Assembly (NCBI GenBank): GCA_045589295.1 | Contig: JAZNOU010000013.1 | Location: 35,232-99,231, forward strand | Length of the DNA: 64,000 nt | Reading direction: 5' to 3' | Source: Clostridia bacterium | GTDB lineage: Bacteria > Bacillota > Clostridia > RGIG6154 | In this document: positions 9,662-19,988 of the stretch, piece after piece | Numbering within the stretch: position 1 is the stretch's first letter | Layout: each line of letters opens with the position of its first letter | Translations under genes and position numbers: made by a program | The notes under the pieces: generated by a model | Database searches by the model: none | What the model was told of the DNA's origin: nothing | The model's input: only the letters and a program-made list of their open reading frames with translations

Positions 9662-10882
9662 TTAGTCTAATTTACCTAATTTCTGATTGAGTTTTGCCTG
9701 AACCTTAATTGGAAGACCAAAGAGGTTGATAAAGCCCTGTGAATCCATCTGATCGTAATCTTCATCTTCATCAAACGAAGCAGTAACTTCATCGTAAAGT
9801 GAATATGGGCTTTCTAATGATGCATTAATAATGTTACCTTTGTAAAGTTTTAATTTCACTGTACCTGTAACAGTTTCCTGTGTTGAGTCAACAAATGCAC
9901 AGATTGCTTCACGAAGAGGTGTATACCACTGACCGTTATACACAAGGTCAGCCATTTTCTGTGAAACAGTTTCTTTAAAGTGCATTGTTTCTTTATCAAG
10001 ACAGAGTGTTTCCAAAACTGAATGAGCGTGATAAAGAATTGTTCCACCAGGAGTTTCGTAAACGCCTCTAGATTTCATACCAACCAAACGGTTTTCAACG
10101 ATATCAATAATACCAACACCGTTTCTTCCGCCAATTTTGTTAAGTTCTTTAATCATTGAAACGCCATCCATAGCCATGCCGTTAAGTTTAACAGGGATAC
10201 CTTTTTCAAAATCAATTGTAACATATTCCGGTGTGTCAGGTGCTTGTTCAGGTGAAACACCAAGTTCTAAGATTTTATCATACATTGGTTCATTTTTCGG
10301 ACTTTCCAAATCAAGACCTTCGTGTGATAAGTGCCAGAGGTTTTTATCTTTTGAATAGTTTGTTTCTCTGGTAATCTTAAGCGGAATATTTCTTTCTTCT
10401 GCATATTTGATTTCATCTTCACGAGATTTAAGTTCCCATGTTCTCCAAGGAGCGATGATACCCATATCAGGAGCAAAAGCTTTTATGGTAAGTTCAAAAC
10501 GAACCTGGTCATTACCTTTACCTGTGCAACCATGAGCAATAGCTTCGCACCCTTCAGCTTTTGCGATTTCAACAAGTCTTTTTGCAATCAAAGGACGTGC
10601 AAATGATGTTCCTAAAAGATATGTTCCTTCATATTTAGCGCCAGCTTTAAGTGTAGGCCAAATAAAATCTTCAACAAATTCTTTTGTTAAATCTTCTATG
10701 TAAAGTTTGCTTGCGCCTGTTTTGATAGCTTTTTCTTCCAAGCCTTCAAGCTCCGATTCCTGACCAACGTCAGCTGCAACTGCAATAACTTCACAGCCGT
10801 AGTTTTCTTTAAGCCATGGAATAATGATTGATGTATCCAATCCGCCTGAATATGCAAGCAATACTTTCTTATACTGTTTCAT
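9662..10882 (-). CDS. argG: Argininosuccinate synthase
   Basis: [23 protein letters not shown] and [10 protein letters not shown] motifs. Start moved to the ATG at 10882 after AGGAG. Confidence 0.98.
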   Translation of the reverse strand: MKQYKKVLLAYSGGLDTSIIIPWLKENYGCEVIAVAADVGQESELEGLEEKAIKTGASKLYIEDLTKEFVEDFIWPTLKAGAKYEGTYLLGTSFARPLIAKRLVEIAKAEGCEAIAHGCTGKGNDQVRFELTIKAFAPDMGIIAPWRTWELKSREDEIKYAEERNIPLKITRETNYSKDKNLWHLSHEGLDLESPKNEPMYDKILELGVSPEQAPDTPEYVTIDFEKGIPVKLNGMAMDGVSMIKELNKIGGRNGVGIIDIVENRLVGMKSRGVYETPGGTILYHAHSVLETLCLDKETMHFKETVSQKMADLVYNGQWYTPLREAICAFVDSTQETVTGTVKLKLYKGNIINASLESPYSLYDEVTASFDEDEDYDQMDSQGFINLFGLPIKVQAKLNQKLGKLD

Positions 10883-10909
10883 TTTAACTCCTGCTTTCTT
10901 AAATAATTT

Positions 10910-10945
10910 TGAATAGAGTATACACCCTTTTTGCATAAAAGTCAA
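10910..10945 (-). promoter_or_regulatory. argG sigma-A promoter overlapped by tandem ARG-box-like sites
   Basis: TTGACT-17-TATACT. TGAATAGAGTATACA and TGCATAAAAGTCAA separated by 7 nt, a degenerate ArgR tandem arrangement. Confidence 0.55.
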
Positions 10946-10995
10946 GTGTTTTTTAGAAAAATATGCAAATTTTTTTACAAAAATTGTATATTTTA

Positions 10996-11025
10996 TCATT
11001 TTTAGTGTGTTTTTATGCATATTAG
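10996..11025 (+). promoter_or_regulatory. Possible sigma-E (mother cell) promoter of the YkvI-like gene
   Basis: TCATTTT-15 nt-CATATTAG resembles the sigma-E consensus, but the AT-rich background weakens the match. Confidence 0.35.
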
Positions 11026-11080
11026 TGCTACATATACACTTTTGTGAATAAAATTATACAAAAATTATAAGGAGTTTTTT

Positions 11081-11998
11081 ATGTTAAGGCTTTTAATTCC
11101 TGTTTTTATTTATATCGGAGCGATAGTTGGTGCAGGGTTTGCATCAGGCCAGGAAATTGCAGTTTTTTTCGGAACTGATTCATCAGGGTTTGGGATACCA
11201 ATTGCAGGTTTTTTATTCACAATCTGTGCTTACAGAATTTTTTGTGATGTCAACAAGTATGGCATTTCTTCCTACACAGAATATCTTGAAGAAAAAACTT
11301 ATTTCTTAGCACCTTTTTTTAAAACTGTTTCTGCTCTTTTTTGTTGTGCTTCGTACGGGATAATGGTTTGCGGAGTTAATTCCGTTTTACAAAACTACAA
11401 TATGAATTATGGCGGATTAATTTTTGCACTCTTTTGCTTTGTGATTTTTATGTTTGATTTAAAAGGTGTTGCAGTAATTAACATAATTTCCACTCCAATT
11501 ATTATTATTGGTATGCTTTCTGTAGGATTTAAAAGCATTCCTGTTTTTGCAGTGCAAACTTTAAAAACTACATATTATGCCGCATACAACATGCTTGCCT
11601 GTCTCCCCGTTCTGTGTGGCCTTAATGTTTATATAAAAAATAAAAAGCAATCCCTTTTTATTGCACTTACGAGTGGTTTTATTTTAACCTTTCTTATGTT
11701 AATTGTTAACATCATAACTCCCCTTGATTATGGTGAAATGCCTATGCTTGTTCAGGCAAGAAATGTAAATATGGATGTTTTGTATTCTCTCGTCTTAATT
11801 CTTGCAATGCTCACAACCGCTGTTTCAAACGGATTCGGTTTTGTAAAATCAACAAACATAAAACCCATTTACTCAAATATCCTTCTCTTTGTAACTGCCC
11901 TTGTTATGCTGTCGTTTGGATTTGCACCGCTGGTTGAAAAAGTATTTGTTTTCTTCGGCGCATTAAGCACTGCACTTTTATTTTTTATTTTATTTTAA
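11081..11998 (+). CDS. YkvI-like membrane protein
   Basis: YIGAIVGAGFASGQEI N-terminal motif, E-M-P-ML motif, multiple TM helices. Confidence 0.8.
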   Translation: MLRLLIPVFIYIGAIVGAGFASGQEIAVFFGTDSSGFGIPIAGFLFTICAYRIFCDVNKYGISSYTEYLEEKTYFLAPFFKTVSALFCCASYGIMVCGVNSVLQNYNMNYGGLIFALFCFVIFMFDLKGVAVINIISTPIIIIGMLSVGFKSIPVFAVQTLKTTYYAAYNMLACLPVLCGLNVYIKNKKQSLFIALTSGFILTFLMLIVNIITPLDYGEMPMLVQARNVNMDVLYSLVLILAMLTTAVSNGFGFVKSTNIKPIYSNILLFVTALVMLSFGFAPLVEKVFVFFGALSTALLFFILF

Positions 11999-12005
11999 AA
12001 AGGTA

Positions 12006-12062
12006 TTGACAACTCCCGATTTTTGGTTTATACTCAAAGTGTACTATAGCATAATAGTACAC
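12006..12062 (+). promoter_or_regulatory. sigma-A promoter and YtrA-type operator palindrome
   Basis: TTGACA-17-TATACT, then GTGTACTA-8 nt-TAGTACAC (12039-12062) at the start site, typical of YtrA-subfamily GntR autoregulation. Confidence 0.85.
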
Positions 12063-12082
12063 AATAGAAAGGAGGCGATAAT

Positions 12083-12457
12083 ATGTTTGGAATTACATTG
12101 GAAGGAACAGAACCTATGCACGAGCAGCTGTCAAACTCAATTAAAAAGCTGGTCATAACAGGCATTTTACAAAAGGACTCTCCTCTCCCATCTGTAAGAG
12201 AACTCGCTTTAGACCTTGCAATCAATCCAAACACAGTTCAAAAGGCTTATTCATTTTTAGAGCAACAAGGTATTACATACTCTGTAAGCGGCAAAGGCAG
12301 ATTTGTTGCAGTAAGTGCATCTCATTTAAAAAAAATGTCGCAAAATGAAATATTGAATTCTGTTTCAACTCAAATCAAGGCACTTAAAAACCTTGAAATG
12401 AGTATTGATGAATTAAAAGCCGAAATTGAAAAAATATACGAGGAGGAAAACAAATGA
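12083..12457 (+). CDS. GntR family regulator, YtrA subfamily
   Basis: LPSVRELA..L.INPNTVQKAY..LE..G....GKGRFV; short C-terminus; heads an ABC operon. Confidence 0.93.
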   Translation: MFGITLEGTEPMHEQLSNSIKKLVITGILQKDSPLPSVRELALDLAINPNTVQKAYSFLEQQGITYSVSGKGRFVAVSASHLKKMSQNEILNSVSTQIKALKNLEMSIDELKAEIEKIYEEENK

Positions 12458-13353
12458 TTGAAATAAAAAACGTAACACACAAATATGAAAAAGAAACAGT
12501 CTTAGAAAACCTGTGTTCCAGCATAAAAGAAGGCAGTATCTACGGGTTGATTGGCTCCAATGGTGCGGGTAAATCAACACTTTTAAATATAATTGACGGA
12601 ATTTTCAAACCTCTTTCAGGCGAAGTTTTGATAAATGGAAAACCTACATATGAAAACCCCGTTTTAAAAGATAAAATTGCATATGTGCCTGACGATCCGT
12701 TTTTCTTTAATTCTTATACTATGGATGAAATGGCAAAATATTTAAGCTTGGTATTTGAGTCATTTACAATTAAAAAGTATGAAGAAATAAAAGCCTACTT
12801 CCCTCTTGAATCAAATAAAAAAATGAACACATTTTCAAAGGGTATGAAAAGACAAGCTGCAATTATTTTTGCTCTTTCGCAAAGTCCAAAGCTTATGCTC
12901 TGTGACGAATGTTTTGATGGGTTGGATCCTGTTGTAAAACAACTTGTTAAGAGAATTATAATATCGGAAGTTGAAAAAAACAATATGACCGTTATTATTT
13001 CTTCCCACAACTTAAAAGAGATAGAAAACCTTTGCGATGTTATTGGGATTCTTCATAACAAGCAAATCATTTTGGAAAGAAGTATTGAAGACATAAAAGA
13101 AGTTGTAAACAAGTTCCAGATAGCATTCAAAGAAGCCCCTGATGGCGATATTTTTGAAGGAATTGATATTATTTCAAAGCAAACAAAAGGTAGCATTACA
13201 GAACTTGTAACAAGGGGCAACAAAACTTTGATAAAATCCCAGCTTGAAAGCTTAAACCCTGTTATTTTAGACACACTACCACTTAATCTTGAAGATATAT
13301 TTATTTACGAAATGGAGGCAAACGGATATGACTTCTCTAAAATTCTCGTATAG
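12454..13353 (+). CDS. ABC transporter ATP-binding protein (YtrB-like)
   Basis: GSNGAGKST, FSKGMKRQ, CDECFDGLDP and SSH motifs. Confidence 0.93.
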   Translation: MIEIKNVTHKYEKETVLENLCSSIKEGSIYGLIGSNGAGKSTLLNIIDGIFKPLSGEVLINGKPTYENPVLKDKIAYVPDDPFFFNSYTMDEMAKYLSLVFESFTIKKYEEIKAYFPLESNKKMNTFSKGMKRQAAIIFALSQSPKLMLCDECFDGLDPVVKQLVKRIIISEVEKNNMTVIISSHNLKEIENLCDVIGILHNKQIILERSIEDIKEVVNKFQIAFKEAPDGDIFEGIDIISKQTKGSITELVTRGNKTLIKSQLESLNPVILDTLPLNLEDIFIYEMEANGYDFSKILV

Positions 13354-15232
13354 CAAAAACCTATTTAAAGAAAGCCTGAAGCAGAATAGGCACATTATTA
13401 TAATGCACACAATACTGCTTCTTTTAGCAACTATACTCCCTGCACAAATTACACTTGCCAACCTTGCTGAAAGAGTTAAGGAATATTATCCTACAATTAT
13501 AAATATGCGCGCTGATTATACATACCTTATTTCAGGCTTCTCTGCATTTACTATGATTGTTATGTGCCTTGCCTCGTTTGCAACAACAAGTTTTTCTTAT
13601 CTTTACAGCTCACGCTCTGCTATTTTTTACGGCTCACTCCCATATAAGAAAAGCACAATGTTTTTTGTAAGATACCTTTCGGGCATAATTTCCCTTTTAA
13701 TCCCTGTTATTATTTGTTACATAGTTAACGCATTTGTATTTTTAGGACACAGCCAACTTTTGGGTGGTGTTGATTTTATTTGGTATACAAACAATTGGTT
13801 GTTTGTAACACTTACCTATATTTTAATTTACTCGCTTTGCACGTTTGCAGCAAATCTTTCATGTAACACCTTTGCCCAGCTTATTATAATGGGTGCTGTG
13901 ATTTTAGTTTACCCGTCGGTTGTATTCATTTTATCTGAAACTGTAAATGTAATGATGGACACTTATATGGTTGAATACTACCTAAACGCATTTTACCTGT
14001 TTCCGCCTTTTGCGACTGTATTTCACGGAAGCGATATAAACTTCACTGTTACAACAATAATTGCTTTAGCTGAGTGTGTAGTTTTAACAGCACTTGGATA
14101 TGTTGGTTTTATCAAAAGAAAAACTGAAAAGGTCAACAACTTTTTTGCATTTTCTTCAATAAACGGAATTTTAAAATATTTTATAACATTCCTCTGTTCT
14201 GCAGGCTTTGGACTTTTACTTGCAGCCGCAAACAGAAACAACAAAGAAATTGCATACATTGGCTATATAGTATTTGGATTTGTAGGATATGCTATAATTC
14301 AGATGATTTTTGAAAAAACTCCAAAAGCGATGTTTAAAAATATGAAAGGCTTAGCAATATTTTTGTTAATTATCTCGGTTTTAGCGACAGTTCCTGTGTT
14401 TGACATTTTAAATCTTGACAAAAAAATGCCAAACCCTGAAAAACTTGAAAAAGTGAAAATCACCAAGATTGACGCTGCAACTTCATACTGGAATACAGGA
14501 ACAGAAATAACATTAACCGAACCTGAAAGTATCAAAGCTGCCTGCGATCTGTTTGCAAATGGCGGAGTTAAGAAAATCAACAACGGACATCAGTTCAGAT
14601 TAACTCCTGACAACTCTGTTTTCACAAGACGCACATATAACTTAAGCATTGAAGATACTATTGAATTTTTAAATTCAGTTTATGACAACAAAGACTACAA
14701 AGAGGCTCTTACAATTGATAAGGACAAAATTTTCAATACTGCAATCGGTAATGGAAAAATTTACTACAATTTCTTTGTAAACAAAAACGCTTTTTACGAC
14801 AAGAAAAGACCTGAAGGCAGACAACCATATGAACAGCTTGTAGATGCATATAACAAAGACATTTTAAGCACGAAAGCAAGCGATGTTGATTTTACGGAAA
14901 TTTATGCAATTCTCAACACACCGACCGGTGATGCCGTGATATTCAAGGAATATAAAAACACAATAGCAGTTTTGGAAAAAGACTTTTTAACAACACCTGA
15001 CTATAATTCATTCAAAAAAATCGAACTTCTGAATTCTGAAAATTCTTCAGTTGAACACACAATAACCGATCCTGATAAAATCAAACTTATAGTTGACAAC
15101 ATCAGCGATTATTACTACAATGACGGCAGTTCAAAAGGTTATCATATTGGGTACGAAACTGTAACAGGTGAACAGGTTAAACATATTGCTTGGATCGATA
15201 AAGACATTCTTATAAAACACAATATTCTGTAA
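13328..15232 (+). CDS. ABC transporter permease with a large C-terminal soluble domain (YtrC/D-like)
   Basis: About 10-11 TM helices, FSYLY...FYGSLP motif. ATG at 13328 after GGAGG, overlapping the ATPase stop. Confidence 0.8.
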   Translation: MTSLKFSYSKNLFKESLKQNRHIIIMHTILLLLATILPAQITLANLAERVKEYYPTIINMRADYTYLISGFSAFTMIVMCLASFATTSFSYLYSSRSAIFYGSLPYKKSTMFFVRYLSGIISLLIPVIICYIVNAFVFLGHSQLLGGVDFIWYTNNWLFVTLTYILIYSLCTFAANLSCNTFAQLIIMGAVILVYPSVVFILSETVNVMMDTYMVEYYLNAFYLFPPFATVFHGSDINFTVTTIIALAECVVLTALGYVGFIKRKTEKVNNFFAFSSINGILKYFITFLCSAGFGLLLAAANRNNKEIAYIGYIVFGFVGYAIIQMIFEKTPKAMFKNMKGLAIFLLIISVLATVPVFDILNLDKKMPNPEKLEKVKITKIDAATSYWNTGTEITLTEPESIKAACDLFANGGVKKINNGHQFRLTPDNSVFTRRTYNLSIEDTIEFLNSVYDNKDYKEALTIDKDKIFNTAIGNGKIYYNFFVNKNAFYDKKRPEGRQPYEQLVDAYNKDILSTKASDVDFTEIYAILNTPTGDAVIFKEYKNTIAVLEKDFLTTPDYNSFKKIELLNSENSSVEHTITDPDKIKLIVDNISDYYYNDGSSKGYHIGYETVTGEQVKHIAWIDKDILIKHNIL

Positions 15233-15319
15233 TTATTACGGGCGGCCGGCAGAGTCGCCCAAACATTTTGTTGTATTTTAAAGATTTTTTTGATATAATT
15301 AAAAAAGGAGGTTTTACTT

Positions 15320-16126
15320 ATGGAATTTTTAAAATCAGTACTGCTTGGAATAATCGAAGGTATCACAGAATGGCTTCCTATTTCAAGCACAGGACATATG
15401 ATATTATTTAATGAACTTACAAACACAACAGAAGGTTTTTTTACAACAGACGTGTTTTTGTATGTAATTCAACTCGGTGCTATTCTTGCTATTGCAACGC
15501 TTTATTTTAAAAAGCTAAACCCATTCTCACCATCAAAGTCATCACAGGAAAAGAAAGATACCTGGAGCATGTGGTTTAAGGTTATTGTTGCATGCATTCC
15601 CGCGGCGGTAATAGGGCTTCTTTTAAACGACTTTATGGAAAACTTTGAAACACCTTTCGTTATAAGTGCAGCACTTATCATTTATGGTATCTTCTTTATT
15701 TTAATCGAAAACAAAAGAAAAACAGCAAAAATTTCAAATCTTAACGAACTTAATTACAAAACTGCAATCTTGATCGGACTTTTTCAGGTACTTTCAATTA
15801 TTCCTGGAACATCGCGTTCAGGCTCAACCATTTTAGGTGCAATGCTTCTTGGTTGTTCAAGGGAACTCTCTGCAGAATTTTCATTTTTCCTTGCCATACC
15901 AGTAATGTTTGGCGTAAGCTTTTTAAAGCTTGTTACAAACGATTATGTTATGGCGCAAGCAGAATGGTTTATTTTAATTCTGGCAATGGTAATTGCCTAC
16001 ATAGTTTCCATAATTTCTGTTAAGTTTTTAACAAACTATGTTAAAAAACATGATTTCAAAGTTTTCGGCAAATACAGAATTGCACTTGGTATAATCATCA
16101 TTCTTTTCTTTGCAATATTTAAGTAA
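15320..16126 (+). CDS. uppP: Undecaprenyl-diphosphate phosphatase
   Basis: EGITEWLPISSTGH, PGTSRSG and EFSFFLAIP motifs. Own promoter TTGTAT-17-TATAAT. Confidence 0.96.
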   Translation: MEFLKSVLLGIIEGITEWLPISSTGHMILFNELTNTTEGFFTTDVFLYVIQLGAILAIATLYFKKLNPFSPSKSSQEKKDTWSMWFKVIVACIPAAVIGLLLNDFMENFETPFVISAALIIYGIFFILIENKRKTAKISNLNELNYKTAILIGLFQVLSIIPGTSRSGSTILGAMLLGCSRELSAEFSFFLAIPVMFGVSFLKLVTNDYVMAQAEWFILILAMVIAYIVSIISVKFLTNYVKKHDFKVFGKYRIALGIIIILFFAIFK

Positions 16127-16129
16127 ACT

Positions 16130-16161
16130 AAAAGACGGCAATCAATGATTGCCGTCTTTTT
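16130..16161. terminator. Bidirectional terminator between uppP and the mgtC-like gene
   Basis: AAAAGACGGCAATCA-A-TGATTGCCGTCTTTT perfect inverted repeat between convergent genes. Confidence 0.85.
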
Positions 16162-16834
16162 AATCTGTATTTACAGCGCAGTCATAATTAAATAGCAAGG
16201 CAATTTGTTCCGCATCCACTTCTGGTGGTATTTCCAGTACAAATTTATAGTCTATTGTGCCATTTTCAATGTTTTTTCTAAGCGAAACTTCACTGACAGT
16301 CACATGCAGTTCTTTTAATTTTACAACAGTGTTTTTTTGGAAATCGTTTTCTGTTACTCCCTTTACCCTCAAAATAGTAACTCTTGGTACTCTCAGCCAT
16401 TTTTTATCCATATGAAGAATAATTTGCGCCAAGAGAACAAAAAGTGTTGCAACTATGCCTATAATATACATCCCTGCGCCTACTGCCATTCCAATTCCCG
16501 CAGTAGCCCATATACCCGCTGCAGTTGTAAGCCCGTTAATTGTATTTTTATGAACAAAAATCATACCTGCACCTAAAAAGCCAACACCGCTTACAATCTG
16601 TGCCGCTATTCTTGTTGGGTCTGCAGCTCTTATGGCCTCAGGAAAAATCGGATCATTAAAGCTATACATTGAAACAATCATCATAAGTGCTGCTGCCATA
16701 GCAACCATAAAATGAGTTCTTACACCTGCACCTTTTGCTCTATTCTTTCTTTCAAATCCAATTGCAAAACCACAAAGTCCTGCAATGAACATTCTTAAAA
16801 TATAATGAAGTCCGAACCTAAAAACAATATCCAA
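16160..16834 (-). CDS. MgtC/SapB family membrane protein
   Basis: IGFER, AGVRTH, DPTRIAAQIVSGVGFLGAG and GLTTAAGIW motifs. TTG start at 16834 after GGGGG. Confidence 0.93.
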   Translation of the reverse strand: MDIVFRFGLHYILRMFIAGLCGFAIGFERKNRAKGAGVRTHFMVAMAAALMMIVSMYSFNDPIFPEAIRAADPTRIAAQIVSGVGFLGAGMIFVHKNTINGLTTAAGIWATAGIGMAVGAGMYIIGIVATLFVLLAQIILHMDKKWLRVPRVTILRVKGVTENDFQKNTVVKLKELHVTVSEVSLRKNIENGTIDYKFVLEIPPEVDAEQIALLFNYDCAVNTD

Positions 16835-17011
16835 TTTATATCCCCCTAATTTAAACAATATTCAAAATCACCATAAAAATACTAAAGAATTTTGTTATAA
16901 TTCGATATTATACAACGTTTTTTAATTTTTTGCAAGAAAAATAATCAAAAAAATTTTTAATGTATACAAATGTACCTTCTTTATGATAAAATTATATAGA
17001 GAGGTGATTTT

Positions 17012-17806
17012 ATGTCAAGTATTTTAGATAGCGGTAAGCAATATCACATAAACACGACAAAAGGTGATGTTGGTAAATATGTAATTTTATGCGGTGACCC
17101 TGGAAGAGTTCCTGAAATTGCAAAACATTTTGAAAACGCTGAGCAAATATCATATAACAGGGAATATAATGTTTACACAGGCTACTTAAAAGGTGTTAAA
17201 GTTTCTGCAGTTTCAACAGGAATCGGAGGACCATCTGCTGCAATCGCTGTTGAAGAACTTATAAAATGCGGGTGCCATACCTTTATAAGAGTTGGCACAA
17301 GCGGCGGAATTAAAGAAAGTGTTGCAGGCGGTGATATTGTTATTGCATCTGCCGCTGTTCGTTCTGAGGGCACCAGCAAAGAATACCTTCCCGAAGAATA
17401 TCCTGCCGTTGCCGATTTTGAAGTGGTATCTGCCCTCAAAAATGCCGCACAAAAACTTTGCAGCGGCGAAGAATATGATAGTTATCACGTTGGAGTTGTT
17501 CACTCAAAAGACTCCTTTTATGGTGAAACCAATCCTGAGGAAATGCCCGTAGATTATATGCTTTTAAACAAATGGAACGCCTATGTAAAGGCAGGTTGTC
17601 TTACATCTGAAATGGAATGCAGTGCAATTTTTTCTGTTGCTCTTACAAGAAATGTTCGTGCAGGTGCGGTGCTTTCTGTTTTATGGAATGTCGAAAGGTC
17701 TAAGAAAAACCTTCCTGATAAAATTAACCATTCAACCGAAAAAGCAATTATGTGTGCAATAGACGCAATAAAAACTTTAATAGAACAAGAAAAAAACCGT
17801 CTGTAA
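17012..17806 (+). CDS. udp: Uridine phosphorylase
   Basis: QYHI, CGDPGR, STGIGGPS, IRVGT, KDSFYG and EME motifs. Confidence 0.88.
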   Translation: MSSILDSGKQYHINTTKGDVGKYVILCGDPGRVPEIAKHFENAEQISYNREYNVYTGYLKGVKVSAVSTGIGGPSAAIAVEELIKCGCHTFIRVGTSGGIKESVAGGDIVIASAAVRSEGTSKEYLPEEYPAVADFEVVSALKNAAQKLCSGEEYDSYHVGVVHSKDSFYGETNPEEMPVDYMLLNKWNAYVKAGCLTSEMECSAIFSVALTRNVRAGAVLSVLWNVERSKKNLPDKINHSTEKAIMCAIDAIKTLIEQEKNRL

Positions 17807-17826
17807 ATCAGACGGTTTAATTTTTT
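17790..17826. terminator. Bidirectional terminator between udp and rplT
   Basis: AAACCGTCTG/CAGACGGTTT stem flanked by A and T tracts. Confidence 0.8.
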
Positions 17827-17828
17827 AA

Positions 17829-18182
17829 TTATAAGCTTTTCTTTGCAGTTTCAACCAATGATGCAAATGCAGCAGGGTCGTTAACAGCAAGGTCAGCCAA
17901 TACTTTTCTGTTTAATGTAATGCCAGCTTTTTTAAGACCATTCATAAATTTTGAATATGAAATATCGTTCATTCTTGCAGCAGCATTTATTCTTGTAATC
18001 CAGAGATTTCTGAAGTTTCTCTTCTTCTGCTTTCTTCCGATATAAGCATATACCAATGATTTCATTACTGCTTCGTTAGCAGTTCTGAACTGCTTGCTTT
18101 TCGCACCTCTGTAGCCTTTAGCAAGCTTTAATATTTTCTTATGACGCTGTCTTGTTGTAACAGCACCTTTAACACGAGCCAT
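17829..18182 (-). CDS. rplT: 50S ribosomal protein L20
   Basis: MARVKG...KGYRG...[14 protein letters not shown]. Confidence 0.99.
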   Translation of the reverse strand: MARVKGAVTTRQRHKKILKLAKGYRGAKSKQFRTANEAVMKSLVYAYIGRKQKKRNFRNLWITRINAAARMNDISYSKFMNGLKKAGITLNRKVLADLAVNDPAAFASLVETAKKSL

Positions 18183-18215
18183 TTATATTACCTCCTGAAA
18201 TTTTCTGATATGTTA

Positions 18216-18413
18216 TTATTTGTAAGGAATCAACTTTTTGATTACCTTTGCGTTTGCAGGTGATGCATACGCCATTTTTCTTAATCCTCTTTTTCTCTTT
18301 GTTGTCTTCTTTGTCAAAATGTGACTTCTGTAAGCACTGCCTCTTTTAACCTTGCCGTTTTTTGTAAGGCTAAATCTTTTAGCGGCTGCTCTGTGTGTTT
18401 TCAATTTAGGCAT
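18216..18413 (-). CDS. rpmI: 50S ribosomal protein L35
   Basis: [14 protein letters not shown]...HILTKK. Confidence 0.99.
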   Translation of the reverse strand: MPKLKTHRAAAKRFSLTKNGKVKRGSAYRSHILTKKTTKRKRGLRKMAYASPANAKVIKKLIPYK

Positions 18414-18441
18414 TTTTCAAAACTCCTTTATAAAAATTTGA

Positions 18442-18957
18442 TTAGTTCTTAGGTGTTATAAACATTGACATATTTCTACCTTCAAGCTTTGGCTTTTTAT
18501 CAATGTTACCAACCTCTTCAAGAGCTTCGGCAAATCTGTCAAGCATTATTTCGCCGGCTTTTGAATATGCAACCTCTCTACCTCTGAAACGAATTGTAAC
18601 TTTTACTTTATCTTTTTTACCGAGGAACTTTTTAGCCTGAGAAACTTTTGTATTGAAATCGTGTTCATCGGTTGTTGGTGAAAGTCTTACTTCCTTAATG
18701 TTAACAACACTTTGATTTTTCTTAGCTTCCTTTTCACGTTTTGCAATTTCAAAACGATACTTTCCGTAGTCCATAATCTTGCAAACGGGTGGAGCCGCGT
18801 GCGGAGCAATCATAACCAAGTCAAGGTTTTTCTGAGCTGCAAGACTGAGTGCCTCTTTTGATGACATAACACCAAGCTGAGTACCTTCAGAATCGATAAC
18901 TCTTACTTCTTTTGCCTTAATCTGCTCATTTAACATTACTTCCTGTTTACCGCTAAT
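18442..18957 (-). CDS. infC: Translation initiation factor IF-3 (ATT start codon)
   Basis: NEQI..KEVR, PPVCKIMDYGKY and FRGRE motifs. GGAGGT lies 8 nt before an in-frame ATT at 18957, the known autoregulatory start of infC. Confidence 0.96.
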   Translation of the reverse strand: MSGKQEVMLNEQIKAKEVRVIDSEGTQLGVMSSKEALSLAAQKNLDLVMIAPHAAPPVCKIMDYGKYRFEIAKREKEAKKNQSVVNIKEVRLSPTTDEHDFNTKVSQAKKFLGKKDKVKVTIRFRGREVAYSKAGEIMLDRFAEALEEVGNIDKKPKLEGRNMSMFITPKN

Positions 18958-19005
18958 AACGATACACCTCCAAAAAAATTTAAAATAACAATTACTTTTC
19001 GGTTC

Positions 19006-19112
19006 AAAAAAATTAGAGAACCGCAATAAAACAGTTCTCTACCATTAACTTAAGGTATTAACCCTTTCATAAACTGAACTTAGGGTGAGAAGTAATCTTC
19101 TGCTTTATTGAC
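19006..19112 (-). ncRNA. Ribosomal protein L20 leader
   Basis: AGCAGAAG..CUUCUCACCCU...AGGGU motif followed by the terminator UAGAGAACUG/CGGUUCUCUA-UUUUUUU. Lies between a TTGACA-17-TATTAT promoter (19119-19147) and infC. Confidence 0.85.
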
Positions 19113-19136
19113 CTGTATATAATACCATACTTTTTT

Positions 19137-19988
19137 TCACTTGTCAACACTTTTTTGTTGTTTTTTAAAAATAGCAGTCATAACCCTGTCATTACCGCCT
19201 ATATCCTGAATAAGCTTAATATCACTATATCCATTTTCGGTTAAAATTCTATGAACAGCTTTTGCCTGATTATGTCCTATTTCAAGGGCAAGCATTCCAC
19301 CCTCATTTAAAATACCTTTTGCATACTGTGCAATTTTAACATAAAATTTAAGCCCGTCTTCCCCGCCGTCTAATGCAATATGCGGTTCGTAATCTTTTAC
19401 AACGCTGTCCAGCTTTGAAACAACTTCTGTTTCAATATATGGAGGGTTTGAAACAACAATATCGTATTTAAAATCATAGTTTTCTGATGTTAATATATCA
19501 TCTTGATAAAATTCAACACACACACCATTTGATTTTGCGTTTTTCTTTGCAATTTCAAGTGCTTTCCCACTTATATCACATCCCCTCACAACAGAACAGT
19601 TAATATACTTTGCAAGCGATACTGCAATACATCCGCTTCCAGTGCAAATATCTAAAACTGAAGGATTGCTCGGTCTTGTTTTTAAAATTGTTTCAACCAG
19701 ACTTTCTGTATCCTGGCGAGGTATCAAAACATCTTTTGAAACTTCAAATTCAAGCGACATAAACTGAACACTTTTTGTTATATACTGACACGGAACACCA
19801 TTAATTCTTTCATCAAGTGCTTTATCAAGTTCTGAAATATCAATGTCTTTGCTTGGTGTTATTATTATAGAACTTAAATCTCCCTTCAAAAAATCGTTCA
19901 CCAGAAAACGCGCGTCCGATTTGTATTCAGCTACTTTGCCGTCTTTTAATTTGTTTTCGGAATATTTTAAAACATCTTTTAATTTCAT
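19137..19988 (-). CDS. prmC: Release factor glutamine methyltransferase
   Basis: VLIPRQDTE, LDICTGSGCIA, SNPPY and ALDGGEDGL motifs. Start coupled to the upstream stop (TAATG). Confidence 0.96.
   Translation of the reverse strand: MKLKDVLKYSENKLKDGKVAEYKSDARFLVNDFLKGDLSSIIITPSKDIDISELDKALDERINGVPCQYITKSVQFMSLEFEVSKDVLIPRQDTESLVETILKTRPSNPSVLDICTGSGCIAVSLAKYINCSVVRGCDISGKALEIAKKNAKSNGVCVEFYQDDILTSENYDFKYDIVVSNPPYIETEVVSKLDSVVKDYEPHIALDGGEDGLKFYVKIAQYAKGILNEGGMLALEIGHNQAKAVHRILTENGYSDIKLIQDIGGNDRVMTAIFKKQQKSVDK

Noticed and set aside
10883-11020. 46-aa N-terminal extension of ArgG in the ORF track (similar extensions for nusB, infC, SGNH, prs, pgsA)
   Set aside because: The extensions run through promoter or leader DNA or the upstream gene; RBS-supported downstream starts match family lengths
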